This document shows, piece after piece, positions 31,762 through 40,025 of a DNA stretch of 64,000 bases. The stretch covers positions 2,038 through 66,037 of the forward strand of contig CASFMW010000001.1 of assembly GCA_949295935.1 (NCBI GenBank), given 5' to 3'. The translations under genes were made by a program, and so were the position numbers. The first letter of the stretch is position 1, and every line of letters begins with the position of its first letter. The stretch comes from an uncultured Pseudomonadota bacterium (lineage in GTDB: Bacteria; Pseudomonadota; Alphaproteobacteria; RF32; CAG-239). The notes below the pieces were generated by a model that saw nothing but the letters and a program-made list of their open reading frames with translations, ran no database searches and was not told the DNA's origin.

Positions 31762-32880
31762 CTATACTCTCATCGGCATTAAGACGTAAATTGCGCTGGC
31801 ATCAGAAGTGTCGTGAATAACTGAAGGAGAAGAACCGTCAGCAAAACTGATACGAACGGTCTCACCTTTAACTTCAGCCAAAATATCAAGCAAATAACGG
31901 AAATTATAGCCGATTTCAAGACTGTCGCTGTCATATTTTGCTTCGACTTCTTCTTGCGCACTGCCGAGGTCGGGACTTGAGGTTGTGATAGTGATATGAT
32001 TCGGAGCTGTAATTACCTTAATCGCGCGCGTTCTTTCGGCAACAACCGAAACACGGTCAACCGCTTCGGCCAAAGGCTTAACACCAAGCTCAAGAACCTT
32101 GTCGTTGTCGGTCGGAATAACGCGTTCATAATCCGGATAAGTTCCGTCAATTAGCTTTGATGTTAAAGTAACATCTTCCATCGTAAAGCGGATTTTATTT
32201 TCCGAAAGAGAAACAGCGATATTTTCAGCTTTGGTATCATCAAGCAGCTTGCGAACTTCACCGACGGTTTTACGCGGAATAATAACGCCGTTCATCGATT
32301 CGGCACCTTGCGGCAGAGGCGATTCGACGCAAGCCAAACGGTGTCCGTCGGTTGCAACAACGCGCAAAACCTTAGCCTCGCCTTCATTTTTTGCATGAAC
32401 ATAAATACCATTTAAATAATAGCGGGTTTCTTCGGTTGAAACGGCAAATTTTGTGCGGTCAATAACATCTTTAAGCTCTTCTTTGCTCATAGAAAAATTA
32501 ACAGGCAAGCTGTCACCGGAAATAACCGGAAAATCTTCAACACCGATAGTCGAAAGCGCAAACTTTGATTTACCGGAAGCAATGGAAAGCTGCCCTTTTT
32601 CATCAGGAAAGATAACTTCAACGTCCGAACCGTCGGAAAGCTTGCGAACAATGTCATAAAGCATATGAGCCGGAGCGGTTGTTGCACCGGTTTCGGTTGT
32701 TTTGGCGTCAACAACTTCGGTAATTTCGGTATCCATATCAGTAGCTTTAAAGCTGATACCGTCTTCCATTGCCTCAATCTTAACATTTGAGAGGACAGGG
32801 ATAGTGTTTCTCTTTTCAACAATGCTCTGCACATGGCTCAGAGTCTTTAACAAAACGGAACGTTCAATAGTAAATTTCAT
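31762..32880 (-). CDS. dnaN: DNA polymerase III subunit beta (sliding clamp)
   Basis: 372 aa, MKFTIERSVLLKTLSHVQSIVEKRNTIPVLSNVKIEA...YLLDIL...MPMRV. Position between dnaA and recF. Confidence 0.96.
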   Translation of the reverse strand: MKFTIERSVLLKTLSHVQSIVEKRNTIPVLSNVKIEAMEDGISFKATDMDTEITEVVDAKTTETGATTAPAHMLYDIVRKLSDGSDVEVIFPDEKGQLSIASGKSKFALSTIGVEDFPVISGDSLPVNFSMSKEELKDVIDRTKFAVSTEETRYYLNGIYVHAKNEGEAKVLRVVATDGHRLACVESPLPQGAESMNGVIIPRKTVGEVRKLLDDTKAENIAVSLSENKIRFTMEDVTLTSKLIDGTYPDYERVIPTDNDKVLELGVKPLAEAVDRVSVVAERTRAIKVITAPNHITITTSSPDLGSAQEEVEAKYDSDSLEIGYNFRYLLDILAEVKGETVRISFADGSSPSVIHDTSDASAIYVLMPMRV

Positions 32881-32982
32881 GTCTTTAACCCTTAAAATAT
32901 ATCATAAATTCAATTACAAATATGATAACATAAATAGCAAAAATCAGAAGAACAAACAATGAGTATTCAACAGCTTTTTTAT

Positions 32983-33015
32983 AAAAAAGCGCCGTTTTCA
33001 TAAGAAAACAGCGCC
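32983..33015 (-). terminator. dnaA terminator
   Basis: The minus strand reads GCGCTGTTTTC-TTAT-GAAAACGGCGC followed by TTTTTT, 30 nt after the dnaA stop. Confidence 0.6.
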
Positions 33016-33043
33016 TTCGATACAAACCATAAATGAGAGAGAA

Positions 33044-34483
33044 TTAAGCTTCCAAGATTTTTCTCAAAGCGTCAACATTTTCCGCCAGAGAAGAATCTTC
33101 CATAACCAATTCTTCGACCTTGCGAACAGCGTGCATAACCGTTGTATGGTCACGGTCAAACTTGCGTCCGATTTCAGGCAAAGAGCGAGAGGTAAGTTGC
33201 TTAGCCAAATACATGGCAACCTGACGGGGTCTGGCAACGGTACGCGCGCGACGAGAAGATTGCATTTCTTTAACCGAGATATTGAAGTATTCAGCAACCT
33301 TTTTCTGAATTTCATCAATCGTTGTACGCTTGTCATAAGAGCGAAGCATATCTTTCAAAACATCTTGCGTCATATCCAGCGTAATTTCGTGATTAGAAAG
33401 CAACTGAGAGTGAGCAATAACACGACGCAAAGCACCTTCTAACTCGCGGATGTTTGATGTAATTTTTTGAGCCAAGAACTCAACTACCGGCATCGGCAGT
33501 TCAACACCAAGCTGCTGAGCTTTTTTGTTAAGAATGCCAACACGCAGGTCAAAATCAGTCGGGTGAATGTCAGCAACCAAGCCGCAGCCCAAGCGAGATT
33601 TCAAGCGAGCTTCGATTCCTTCCAAATCAGAAGGAGACTTGTCTGCTGAAATAATAATCTGACGACCTTCTTCAATCAGAGAGTTAAATGTGTAGAAGAA
33701 CTCTTCTTGAGTAGTGTCCTTGCCACCCATAAACTGAACGTCATCAACCATCAAAACATCAACTGAGCGAAATTGTTCTTTAAATGCTGCCGTATCTTTA
33801 TAGCGCAAAGCACGAACAAATTTATACATAAACTTCTCAGCTGAAAGATAAACGATATTGCGAGAAGGATCTTGCTTTTTGATGTGCCAAGCAATAGCGT
33901 GCATCAAGTGTGTTTTACCAAGTCCAACACCGGAATAAAGGAATAACGGGTTGAATGAAATATTACGAGATTCTGCAACTTTGCGAGCAGCCGCATAAGC
34001 AAACTCATTTGTTTTTCCGACAACAAAATTTTCAAAAGTATATTGCGGATTAAGCGGAACGGATAATGAAGTATCACCGTTTACACATTCATTAGCAGAA
34101 AAACTAGCTGCGCCGGATTGATAAATATTTTGCGGTACCGGACTTGAAGAAATTTTCTTAAGAAGAGAACGACAGGAAGCATTGTGCAAACCTGAAGAAG
34201 CGCGCTCATCTTGCAGAGCCTGAACAACAAAGTTAACTTGTTTAATCTGAGGGTTTTTTCTTTCCCAAATTCTGTGGATTTGGTCAGAATAGTGGGTGAT
34301 AACCCAGTTTCTCATAAAACGCGTTGGGACACAGATATTGACCACACCGTCACTAACCGAGCCCAAAGTCAATGGCTTAAGCCAACTGTCAAACGCCACG
34401 TCACCAAACTCGACCTTGAGTTGATCGCAGATTTGACCCCATTGGTCTTGAACTGAACTCTCTAAATATGCTTCTTCAGCCAT
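33044..34483 (-). CDS. dnaA: chromosomal replication initiator protein DnaA
   Basis: 480 aa from MAEEAYLES. The AAA+ domain contains NPLFLYSGVGLGKTHLMHAI and VLMVDDVQF, and the domain IV region reads LAKQLTSRSLPEIGRKFDRDHTTVMHA. The 26 upstream codons in the track are not DnaA-like. Confidence 0.97.
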   Translation of the reverse strand: MAEEAYLESSVQDQWGQICDQLKVEFGDVAFDSWLKPLTLGSVSDGVVNICVPTRFMRNWVITHYSDQIHRIWERKNPQIKQVNFVVQALQDERASSGLHNASCRSLLKKISSSPVPQNIYQSGAASFSANECVNGDTSLSVPLNPQYTFENFVVGKTNEFAYAAARKVAESRNISFNPLFLYSGVGLGKTHLMHAIAWHIKKQDPSRNIVYLSAEKFMYKFVRALRYKDTAAFKEQFRSVDVLMVDDVQFMGGKDTTQEEFFYTFNSLIEEGRQIIISADKSPSDLEGIEARLKSRLGCGLVADIHPTDFDLRVGILNKKAQQLGVELPMPVVEFLAQKITSNIRELEGALRRVIAHSQLLSNHEITLDMTQDVLKDMLRSYDKRTTIDEIQKKVAEYFNISVKEMQSSRRARTVARPRQVAMYLAKQLTSRSLPEIGRKFDRDHTTVMHAVRKVEELVMEDSSLAENVDALRKILEA

Positions 34484-34553
34484 TTTTACTCCCCATAAAA
34501 AATACAAAAATACGGTTTTTAGGATAAAAGATAAGAAATATAAATCAACGCCC

Positions 34554-34562
34554 TTATACACA
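34554..34562 (+). promoter_or_regulatory. DnaA box (TTATNCACA class)
   Basis: TTATACACA lies 71 nt upstream of the dnaA ATG and matches TTATNCACA at all fixed positions. It is the only good box I found in the spacer. Confidence 0.5.
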
Positions 34563-34851
34563 GAAAAATGCTGCTTAATAAAAATATTTTTCTAAGAACA
34601 AATAATATTTTCTAAAAAATATAAAAAGAGCACTTTTATCAGTAAAAATCTAAAACCAAATTCTTTTTTCTTACGTGATAAAATTCACGTGAAATTTAAC
34701 ACTGATTCGCTGACCAAAATTTTCTTATCAAAAGCTCCTGCTCTGTGATTTCAATTCCCCTAACATGAAACCATTAGATAAATACTTTATCCTTTAAAAC
34801 AAAATATAATAATAAACTTAAAAACTTAAATTTCAGAAATTGAAGATGAAG

Positions 34852-34883
34852 TCAAAATCAAATTCAAAATCAAAATCAAAATC
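34852..34883. repeat. hexanucleotide microsatellite (TCAAAA)5
   Basis: TCAAAA TCAAAT TCAAAA TCAAAA TCAAAA TC, in the dnaA-rpsT intergenic region. Confidence 0.9.
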
Positions 34884-35010
34884 TGGGTAGGATAGTAAAC
34901 AGATAAAAAAATAATTACAACAGAACATTTAAAGAACATTACAATTAATTTTCTTGACATAGGTTTTAAACAGAGTCGCCCAGATTCGTTGATTATTAAA
35001 GATTAAATAA

Positions 35011-35054
35011 GCAAAAACCGGAGTCCCTAAAAGTTACTAAAGGGATTCCGGTTT
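35011..35054 (-). terminator. rpsT terminator
   Basis: The minus strand reads AAACCGGAATCCCT-(12-nt loop)-AGGGACTCCGGTTT followed by TTGC. The stem is 14 bp and lies 25 nt after the rpsT stop. Confidence 0.75.
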
Positions 35055-35078
35055 GAATAGCAAAAAATAAAGAAAATC

Positions 35079-35345
35079 TTACTTAGAAAGAGCTTTAAGC
35101 TTCTGAGCAAGACGAGAAACGATACGAGAAGCTTTGTGTCTTTCAAGAGCACCTTTTTGAGAAGCTCTGGCAAGTTCAGATTCTGCAACTTTGAAAGCAG
35201 CAGTAGCAGCTTCAACATTAGCTGTCAAAATAGCTTCAAGAGCTTTTTTCACAAAAGTGCGAACGCGGCTGCGACGAGCACTATTGATGATGTTTCTTTT
35301 ATTATTTCTTTTAATTCTTGTTTTTGCCGATTTATGATTGGCCAT
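35079..35345 (-). CDS. rpsT: 30S ribosomal protein S20
   Basis: MANHKSAKTRIKRNNKRNIINSARRSRVRTFVKK...HKASRIVSRLAQK. Confidence 0.96.
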   Translation of the reverse strand: MANHKSAKTRIKRNNKRNIINSARRSRVRTFVKKALEAILTANVEAATAAFKVAESELARASQKGALERHKASRIVSRLAQKLKALSK

Positions 35346-35460
35346 AATACTAATCCTATAACTGAAAGTTAAAACGATAAAAAATTCTGATTCAGTTTAT
35401 AAACTCTTCAATCACTTAAAGTCAACAACATTTTTCACCAAAACGACGAAAATTCATGAA

Positions 35461-36219
35461 TTAAGCATTATTTTGAGTGAATTTTTTCAAATAATTACGA
35501 AAATCATCGCCGCTGACAATGATTTTAGCGCGCATCATCGCCTCATCAATCGCAGATTCGTAAACAGGATTTTCAAAAGCTTTCAGAGTCTCTTTGAGAG
35601 CAATTGCGGTAAATTCAGGAGTCTGAGAAATTTTAAGAGCAGTTTTAAGCGCTTCATTTTCTAGTTCTTGCAAAGGCACGATTCGACTAACCAGTCCGCA
35701 GGCATTTGCCTCTTCGGCAAGCATCGCCCGTCCGCAAAGAAGCATTTCCATGGTTTTTGCTCTACCGATAGCTGACAATAGTTTTTTTAACAATCCGATT
35801 CCCGGCACGATTCCAAGACTGGCATCAGGCACAGCCAAGCAAAGATTATCCGCAGCAAGCACAATATCGCAGTTAAGCAAAAGCTCGATTCCTTGTCCGA
35901 AGGTAAAGCCCGAAGCTGCGGCAATCAAGGGCTTTCTTGCCTGAGAAAGCGTAATCATGGCCGCTTTTTGCCGGTCAAGCAAAGAGGCTACATCCTTTGT
36001 GTTTTCAGAAAATTCTTTCAGGTCAACGCCAGAGGTAAAATAGTCGCCGGAACTGGTAATAACAATGGCACGAATGCTTTCATCATTATCAAAAGCATCA
36101 ACAGCAGAGGCAATATTTTCAAGCATATTTGTTGAAAGAGCATTGTTCTGTTCTGCGCGATTAAGGCGGATAAATCCGACCTGATTTTTAGATTCTGTAA
36201 TAACGGAAATGTTTGACAT
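35461..36219 (-). CDS. enoyl-CoA hydratase/isomerase (crotonase) family protein
   Basis: IRLNRAEQNNALS...AIVITSSGDYFTSGVDL...PLIAAASGFTFGQGIELLLNCDIVLAA. It sits in the mutM / crotonase / rpsT / dnaA arrangement common in Alphaproteobacteria. Confidence 0.8.
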   Translation of the reverse strand: MSNISVITESKNQVGFIRLNRAEQNNALSTNMLENIASAVDAFDNDESIRAIVITSSGDYFTSGVDLKEFSENTKDVASLLDRQKAAMITLSQARKPLIAAASGFTFGQGIELLLNCDIVLAADNLCLAVPDASLGIVPGIGLLKKLLSAIGRAKTMEMLLCGRAMLAEEANACGLVSRIVPLQELENEALKTALKISQTPEFTAIALKETLKAFENPVYESAIDEAMMRAKIIVSGDDFRNYLKKFTQNNA

Positions 36220-36220
36220 A

Positions 36221-36583
36221 TCAGTTTTGACTCTTAACGGTTATACGAACAACAAGCGGCCGAGCTCCTTCTTGAGCAATCTCCAGCTGCTGATTTTCTC
36301 TCACAAAAGATAATATTCGATTCTTTTTGCCGGCAAAGGTCCAACCCAGTTGAGGCAGAGTTTCAAGATAAAATTTTTCAACCTTATCAAAAGAAGTATT
36401 TCCGCTCAAATAAGCCTCAACAAGACTTGTTTCTTCATTACCGAAAGACAAATTATCCGCCGGAATTTGATGAAGCATATCCGGAAAGGGCAAATCTTCA
36501 AACCCTTCAATAAAAGGTGCCGCCAAAGCAGACTGAACGGCAACAAGGCAAAAAACAACAAAAAGAGATAAAATTTTTTTCAT
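36221..36583 (-). CDS. small secreted protein, unknown function
   Basis: MKKILSLFVVFCLVAVQSALA is a signal peptide. The product is 120 aa and the gene is tightly packed between mutM and the crotonase gene. Confidence 0.55.
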   Translation of the reverse strand: MKKILSLFVVFCLVAVQSALAAPFIEGFEDLPFPDMLHQIPADNLSFGNEETSLVEAYLSGNTSFDKVEKFYLETLPQLGWTFAGKKNRILSFVRENQQLEIAQEGARPLVVRITVKSQN

Positions 36584-36590
36584 GACAAAC

Positions 36591-37430
36591 TCACTTTTGT
36601 AAAGTCGAACAATAAAAGCTGGAACGTCCGGCAATAACTATTTTACGAATTCCTCCGGTTTTTGCAAGAGAACATTTACAGTCTGGGCATGGTTGCCCTG
36701 TTTTATTGTAAACACAGTGCTGAAATTGGAAATAACCTTCGCTTCCATCGGGCTTATGATAATCTTTTAAGGTAGAACCACCGGCCTCTATCGCCTTTTC
36801 AAGCGTAAGACGAACGGCAGCAATAAGCTTTGGATATTCTGCAGCAGAAAGCTGATTGGCTTTTCTTAAAGGCGAAATTCTGGCATGATAAAGCGCCTCC
36901 GAAGCATAAATGTTTCCGATTCCGGCAATAATACTTTGGTCCAGCAAGGCTTCTTTGATAGGAATACTTTTGTTTTTAAATTTTTCTTTCAAATAAGCCG
37001 GTGTCAAGTCTGAACTAAAAGCATCAAGACCGATTCTTTTTACAAAATCAAGCTGTGCAATATTTTGTGTTTTGCAATAGGTAATCATGCCAAAACGCCG
37101 CGGGTCGTTATAAATAAGAACGCCGTTATCTGTAATGATTAAAACATGATCATGCTTTTCCAAAGCCTCAGGAATGGATTCGCAAATTTTTATGCGCCCG
37201 CTCATACCCAAATGCCAAATGATGCTATTGTTATTTGAAAGATTAATAACAATATATTTAGCAAGCCTGTTATAAGAAACGATTTTTGCGCCGATAATAT
37301 TTTTTCCAAAGTCAGAAGGAATTACTTGCCGCAAACGATTTTGATTGATAATCACGTCAAGTATAGTAGAATGACCGATAGCTTTGGATAAAGCGTTTTT
37401 AATAGTTTCGACTTCAGGTAACTCTGGCAT
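36591..37430 (-). CDS. mutM: formamidopyrimidine-DNA glycosylase
   Basis: N-terminal MPELPEVETI (catalytic Pro2/Glu3), an H2TH region, and a C-terminal zinc finger CPDC...FYCSTLQ. Confidence 0.93.
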   Translation of the reverse strand: MPELPEVETIKNALSKAIGHSTILDVIINQNRLRQVIPSDFGKNIIGAKIVSYNRLAKYIVINLSNNNSIIWHLGMSGRIKICESIPEALEKHDHVLIITDNGVLIYNDPRRFGMITYCKTQNIAQLDFVKRIGLDAFSSDLTPAYLKEKFKNKSIPIKEALLDQSIIAGIGNIYASEALYHARISPLRKANQLSAAEYPKLIAAVRLTLEKAIEAGGSTLKDYHKPDGSEGYFQFQHCVYNKTGQPCPDCKCSLAKTGGIRKIVIAGRSSFYCSTLQK

Positions 37431-37463
37431 AAGTTTAGAACCTCCAATAAGAAGAGAGTATAA

Positions 37464-38534
37464 ATGACAAAGCAAATTTTACAATCACTAAAAATATTTC
37501 GGTTAGCAACCGCTTTAGCCAGATGGGATTTGCTTGAGTTAATAGATTCTCCGACCACCGGAATATATGTTTTGTGGGGCAAACTTTGGCAAAAAAAATC
37601 TAACGACACGCTAAAATCACGAATAAATGGATTTCTGGAAAAAGAAACAGATGAGTTGCAAAAGATTTTTGTGAGTGAAAGTGGCTACGAGTATGTGGAT
37701 TTTCTTCCCTTAGAACAATTAAAAACCGAAAAAGAAATATCCATGGAAGAATCTGATTCTTATACGATTCTCTTTCGTCGTTTGGCATGTTTTTATCCTC
37801 GTTTAAGAACGGCTTTGCCAATATTTATCAGCAGAATAGATATCGCGAGAGACAAAAGACTTCAAGCCTCGGAAACGGAAGAATATTTACGCCTAAGCGG
37901 CAAAAATGAAAAAGCGCTGGCTTACGAAGTAGACTGGATAAAAACTGATAAATTTAATCTTAAACTGGAGCTTCCGCCACAAACAAAAATAGGAGACGAG
38001 CTACCAACCGAAAGTCAAAAAGCGCTGATAAATATCTGGGCAGATTTATTTTTTGAGGAAGACGTTTTGTTATGGAACTGGGCTGAAGTCATTAGCAATG
38101 AAAAAAACGAGGTAGGCTTTTTATCGCCGGATTGTTTGATAACCATAGACAGCTCTGTCCAAAATTTTGCATTGAAACATATACAAAAAGCGCAGAACCC
38201 GCAACAATATCTGGAACATAAGTTTGTCGTGGCTTACAACCGCCTTAAAAGATTATGCCCGCAAATTGATATCGCTAAAGAACTCACCCCTTATTGCCGC
38301 AAGCGCTATGAAAAAAACATCAAAACCGAAGAAAAAGAAGACTTGTTGGCAAACATGTCTAATCTTGGATTCGCAATAAACATCAAAAATAAGATAAAAC
38401 TAACGCCGCCATCGCGAATAAAAAGACTTCAAAGTCCTAAAATCTTCGGCAAAGAAAAAGAGTTTCGCAACAGCTCGCCGTTACTGTTTTTACTCTTGGC
38501 CGCTATGATATATGCGCTATTAAAATATTTTTAG
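37464..38534 (+). CDS. hypothetical protein with a C-terminal TM anchor
   Basis: 356 aa with no recognisable domain. It ends SSPLLFLLLAAMIYALLKYF. Confidence 0.45.
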   Translation: MTKQILQSLKIFRLATALARWDLLELIDSPTTGIYVLWGKLWQKKSNDTLKSRINGFLEKETDELQKIFVSESGYEYVDFLPLEQLKTEKEISMEESDSYTILFRRLACFYPRLRTALPIFISRIDIARDKRLQASETEEYLRLSGKNEKALAYEVDWIKTDKFNLKLELPPQTKIGDELPTESQKALINIWADLFFEEDVLLWNWAEVISNEKNEVGFLSPDCLITIDSSVQNFALKHIQKAQNPQQYLEHKFVVAYNRLKRLCPQIDIAKELTPYCRKRYEKNIKTEEKEDLLANMSNLGFAINIKNKIKLTPPSRIKRLQSPKIFGKEKEFRNSSPLLFLLLAAMIYALLKYF

Positions 38535-38594
38535 GGTTGTTTGCAAAAGAAAGTTAGGTTAAAATAACTCTTTAAATAAAACGAAAGAAGAGTT

Positions 38595-39173
38595 ATGAGA
38601 AAGCCGCGTCAAAAAAAATATTATGCCCCGCAAAATGAGGAACACATTTTTCACAAATGTGATTTTCCCGGTTGTGAAAAACGCGGCGAATATCGAGCCC
38701 CAAAAAATCGTAAATTGAAAGAATATTACTGGTTTTGCTTAGAGCATGTTCAACAATATAATGCCAAGTGGAATTATTATGAAGGCATATCCACGGACGA
38801 ACCGGAAGAAGACAATCAACCAAAAATGCATTTCAAGGGCTTTCGCTCCAAAGTCAGATATAGTCGCGGCTATAACTTTTTTGATGACTATGAGTTTTTT
38901 GAGAGCAGTTATCACAGCCATTCAGATTATGCACCGATGGATGAAGTCTACTATACTTATGAAGAACGCCGTTACCTTGAAATCATGGAGCTGGAAGGCC
39001 GCGGACTGAATATCGAAACACTCAAAAAACAATATAAACAACTGGTAAAAAAATATCACCCCGATTTGCACCAAGATAACAAAGCCGCAGCAGAAGAAAA
39101 GTTCAAACAGCTGAGTAATGCTTACCAACATCTGTTAGATAAGCTAAATCGACTTTACGGTGATATTAAATAA
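38595..39173 (+). CDS. J-domain (DnaJ-like) protein with an N-terminal Cys/His cluster
   Basis: The C-terminal J domain reads LKKQYKQLVKKYHPDLHQDNKAAAEEKFKQLSNAYQHL (HPD motif). The N-terminal cluster is CDFPGCEKRGEYRAPKNR...YWFCLEHVQQYN. Confidence 0.8.
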   Translation: MRKPRQKKYYAPQNEEHIFHKCDFPGCEKRGEYRAPKNRKLKEYYWFCLEHVQQYNAKWNYYEGISTDEPEEDNQPKMHFKGFRSKVRYSRGYNFFDDYEFFESSYHSHSDYAPMDEVYYTYEERRYLEIMELEGRGLNIETLKKQYKQLVKKYHPDLHQDNKAAAEEKFKQLSNAYQHLLDKLNRLYGDIK

Positions 39174-39177
39174 CAAA

Positions 39178-40020
39178 CTAGCGACTAATATCTTTAAGGT
39201 TACTTGCTTTTGTGGCGAGTTTATTAAACTCTTTTTGCGCAGATTGGGTGCTTTTAACTTTTGGTAGTTTCTTTTTATCAACTTTGCGACCGGTTTTTTG
39301 CAAAATAACTTTGGCAATATGCTTGTCTTCGGTTTGTTTCTTGCCTGCTTCAACCACTTCCTCGAGCTTCAATCCCTTAACGGCAGCCTTGCTTCCTCCG
39401 ACAATTTCGATTCGCTTAACACCGGCAAAAAAGTCTTTGAGCTGATTGGGCTGGAGCTTGTGATTAGATCTTGGTTTCAGCTTTGTCTGAGGGACAAGAT
39501 CTTTGTTAATGGCTTTTTGCACCAATTCTTGCGGATTGTCAGACACGCTGTTCATGGTGTCGGCCTCGGTTCTGGCATTAACCTTTTTCAGACCGGTTTC
39601 TTTGGCCAAAATATTTGCGGTATTAACGGCATTAAGCCTTCCGGCGCTTTTTTCCAAAGAAATTCCTTTATTAATAAAGGCTTCTCTTTTAGCTTTACTT
39701 TGCTCTGTTTTCTCTTCTTCTTTAGGGTTAATGACAAGCTCTTCTTCAAAATTTATGGTCGGAATAACTTGGAAAGAAGCATTTTCGTCTTCATCTTCGT
39801 CTTCATCATAAATATCTTTGATTTTTTTACGCACCAAGTTTGGATTCGTTTTATTTGCGGCAGGACGCAACGCGCCTTCTACGGCAAAAGGCTGTTTTTC
39901 ATCAGAAAGCCGAGCATCGATTCTGCGCGACGGCCTTTGCCTGGGCAGGGGCATATTTTTGTTCCATTCGATATTAGGATTATTTTTGTTATCATCGTCA
40001 GCAGAAGACTCGTCTTGCAT
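39178..40020 (-). CDS. Lys/Glu-rich, probably disordered protein, unknown function
   Basis: The 280-aa product lies 5 nt downstream of the PAS gene on the same strand. The opposite-strand 321-aa ORF is Phe-rich mirror noise. Confidence 0.45.
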   Translation of the reverse strand: MQDESSADDDNKNNPNIEWNKNMPLPRQRPSRRIDARLSDEKQPFAVEGALRPAANKTNPNLVRKKIKDIYDEDEDEDENASFQVIPTINFEEELVINPKEEEKTEQSKAKREAFINKGISLEKSAGRLNAVNTANILAKETGLKKVNARTEADTMNSVSDNPQELVQKAINKDLVPQTKLKPRSNHKLQPNQLKDFFAGVKRIEIVGGSKAAVKGLKLEEVVEAGKKQTEDKHIAKVILQKTGRKVDKKKLPKVKSTQSAQKEFNKLATKASNLKDISR

Positions 40021-40025
40021 GGAAA

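Noticed and set aside
34852-34883. A possible CRISPR-like or other spaced repeat array.
   Set aside because: It is a simple 6-bp microsatellite with no spacers. No CRISPR-type repeat-spacer structure or cas gene is visible anywhere in the window.
34484-35078. Calling the dnaA-upstream spacer the chromosomal origin (oriC).
   Set aside because: I could find only one good DnaA box, no clear cluster and no obvious 13-mer-type unwinding element. In Alphaproteobacteria the origin is often not adjacent to dnaA (e.g. near hemE). This cannot be decided without genome-wide skew and box analysis.
37464-38534. A degraded ubiB remnant. The N-terminus IFRLATALARWDLLELI vaguely resembles the UbiB N-terminal helix, and the position next to mutM matches ubiE/ubiB synteny.
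   Set aside because: No kinase-like motifs are present in the remaining 330 aa. The similarity is limited to a short amphipathic helix, which is too weak to assert.
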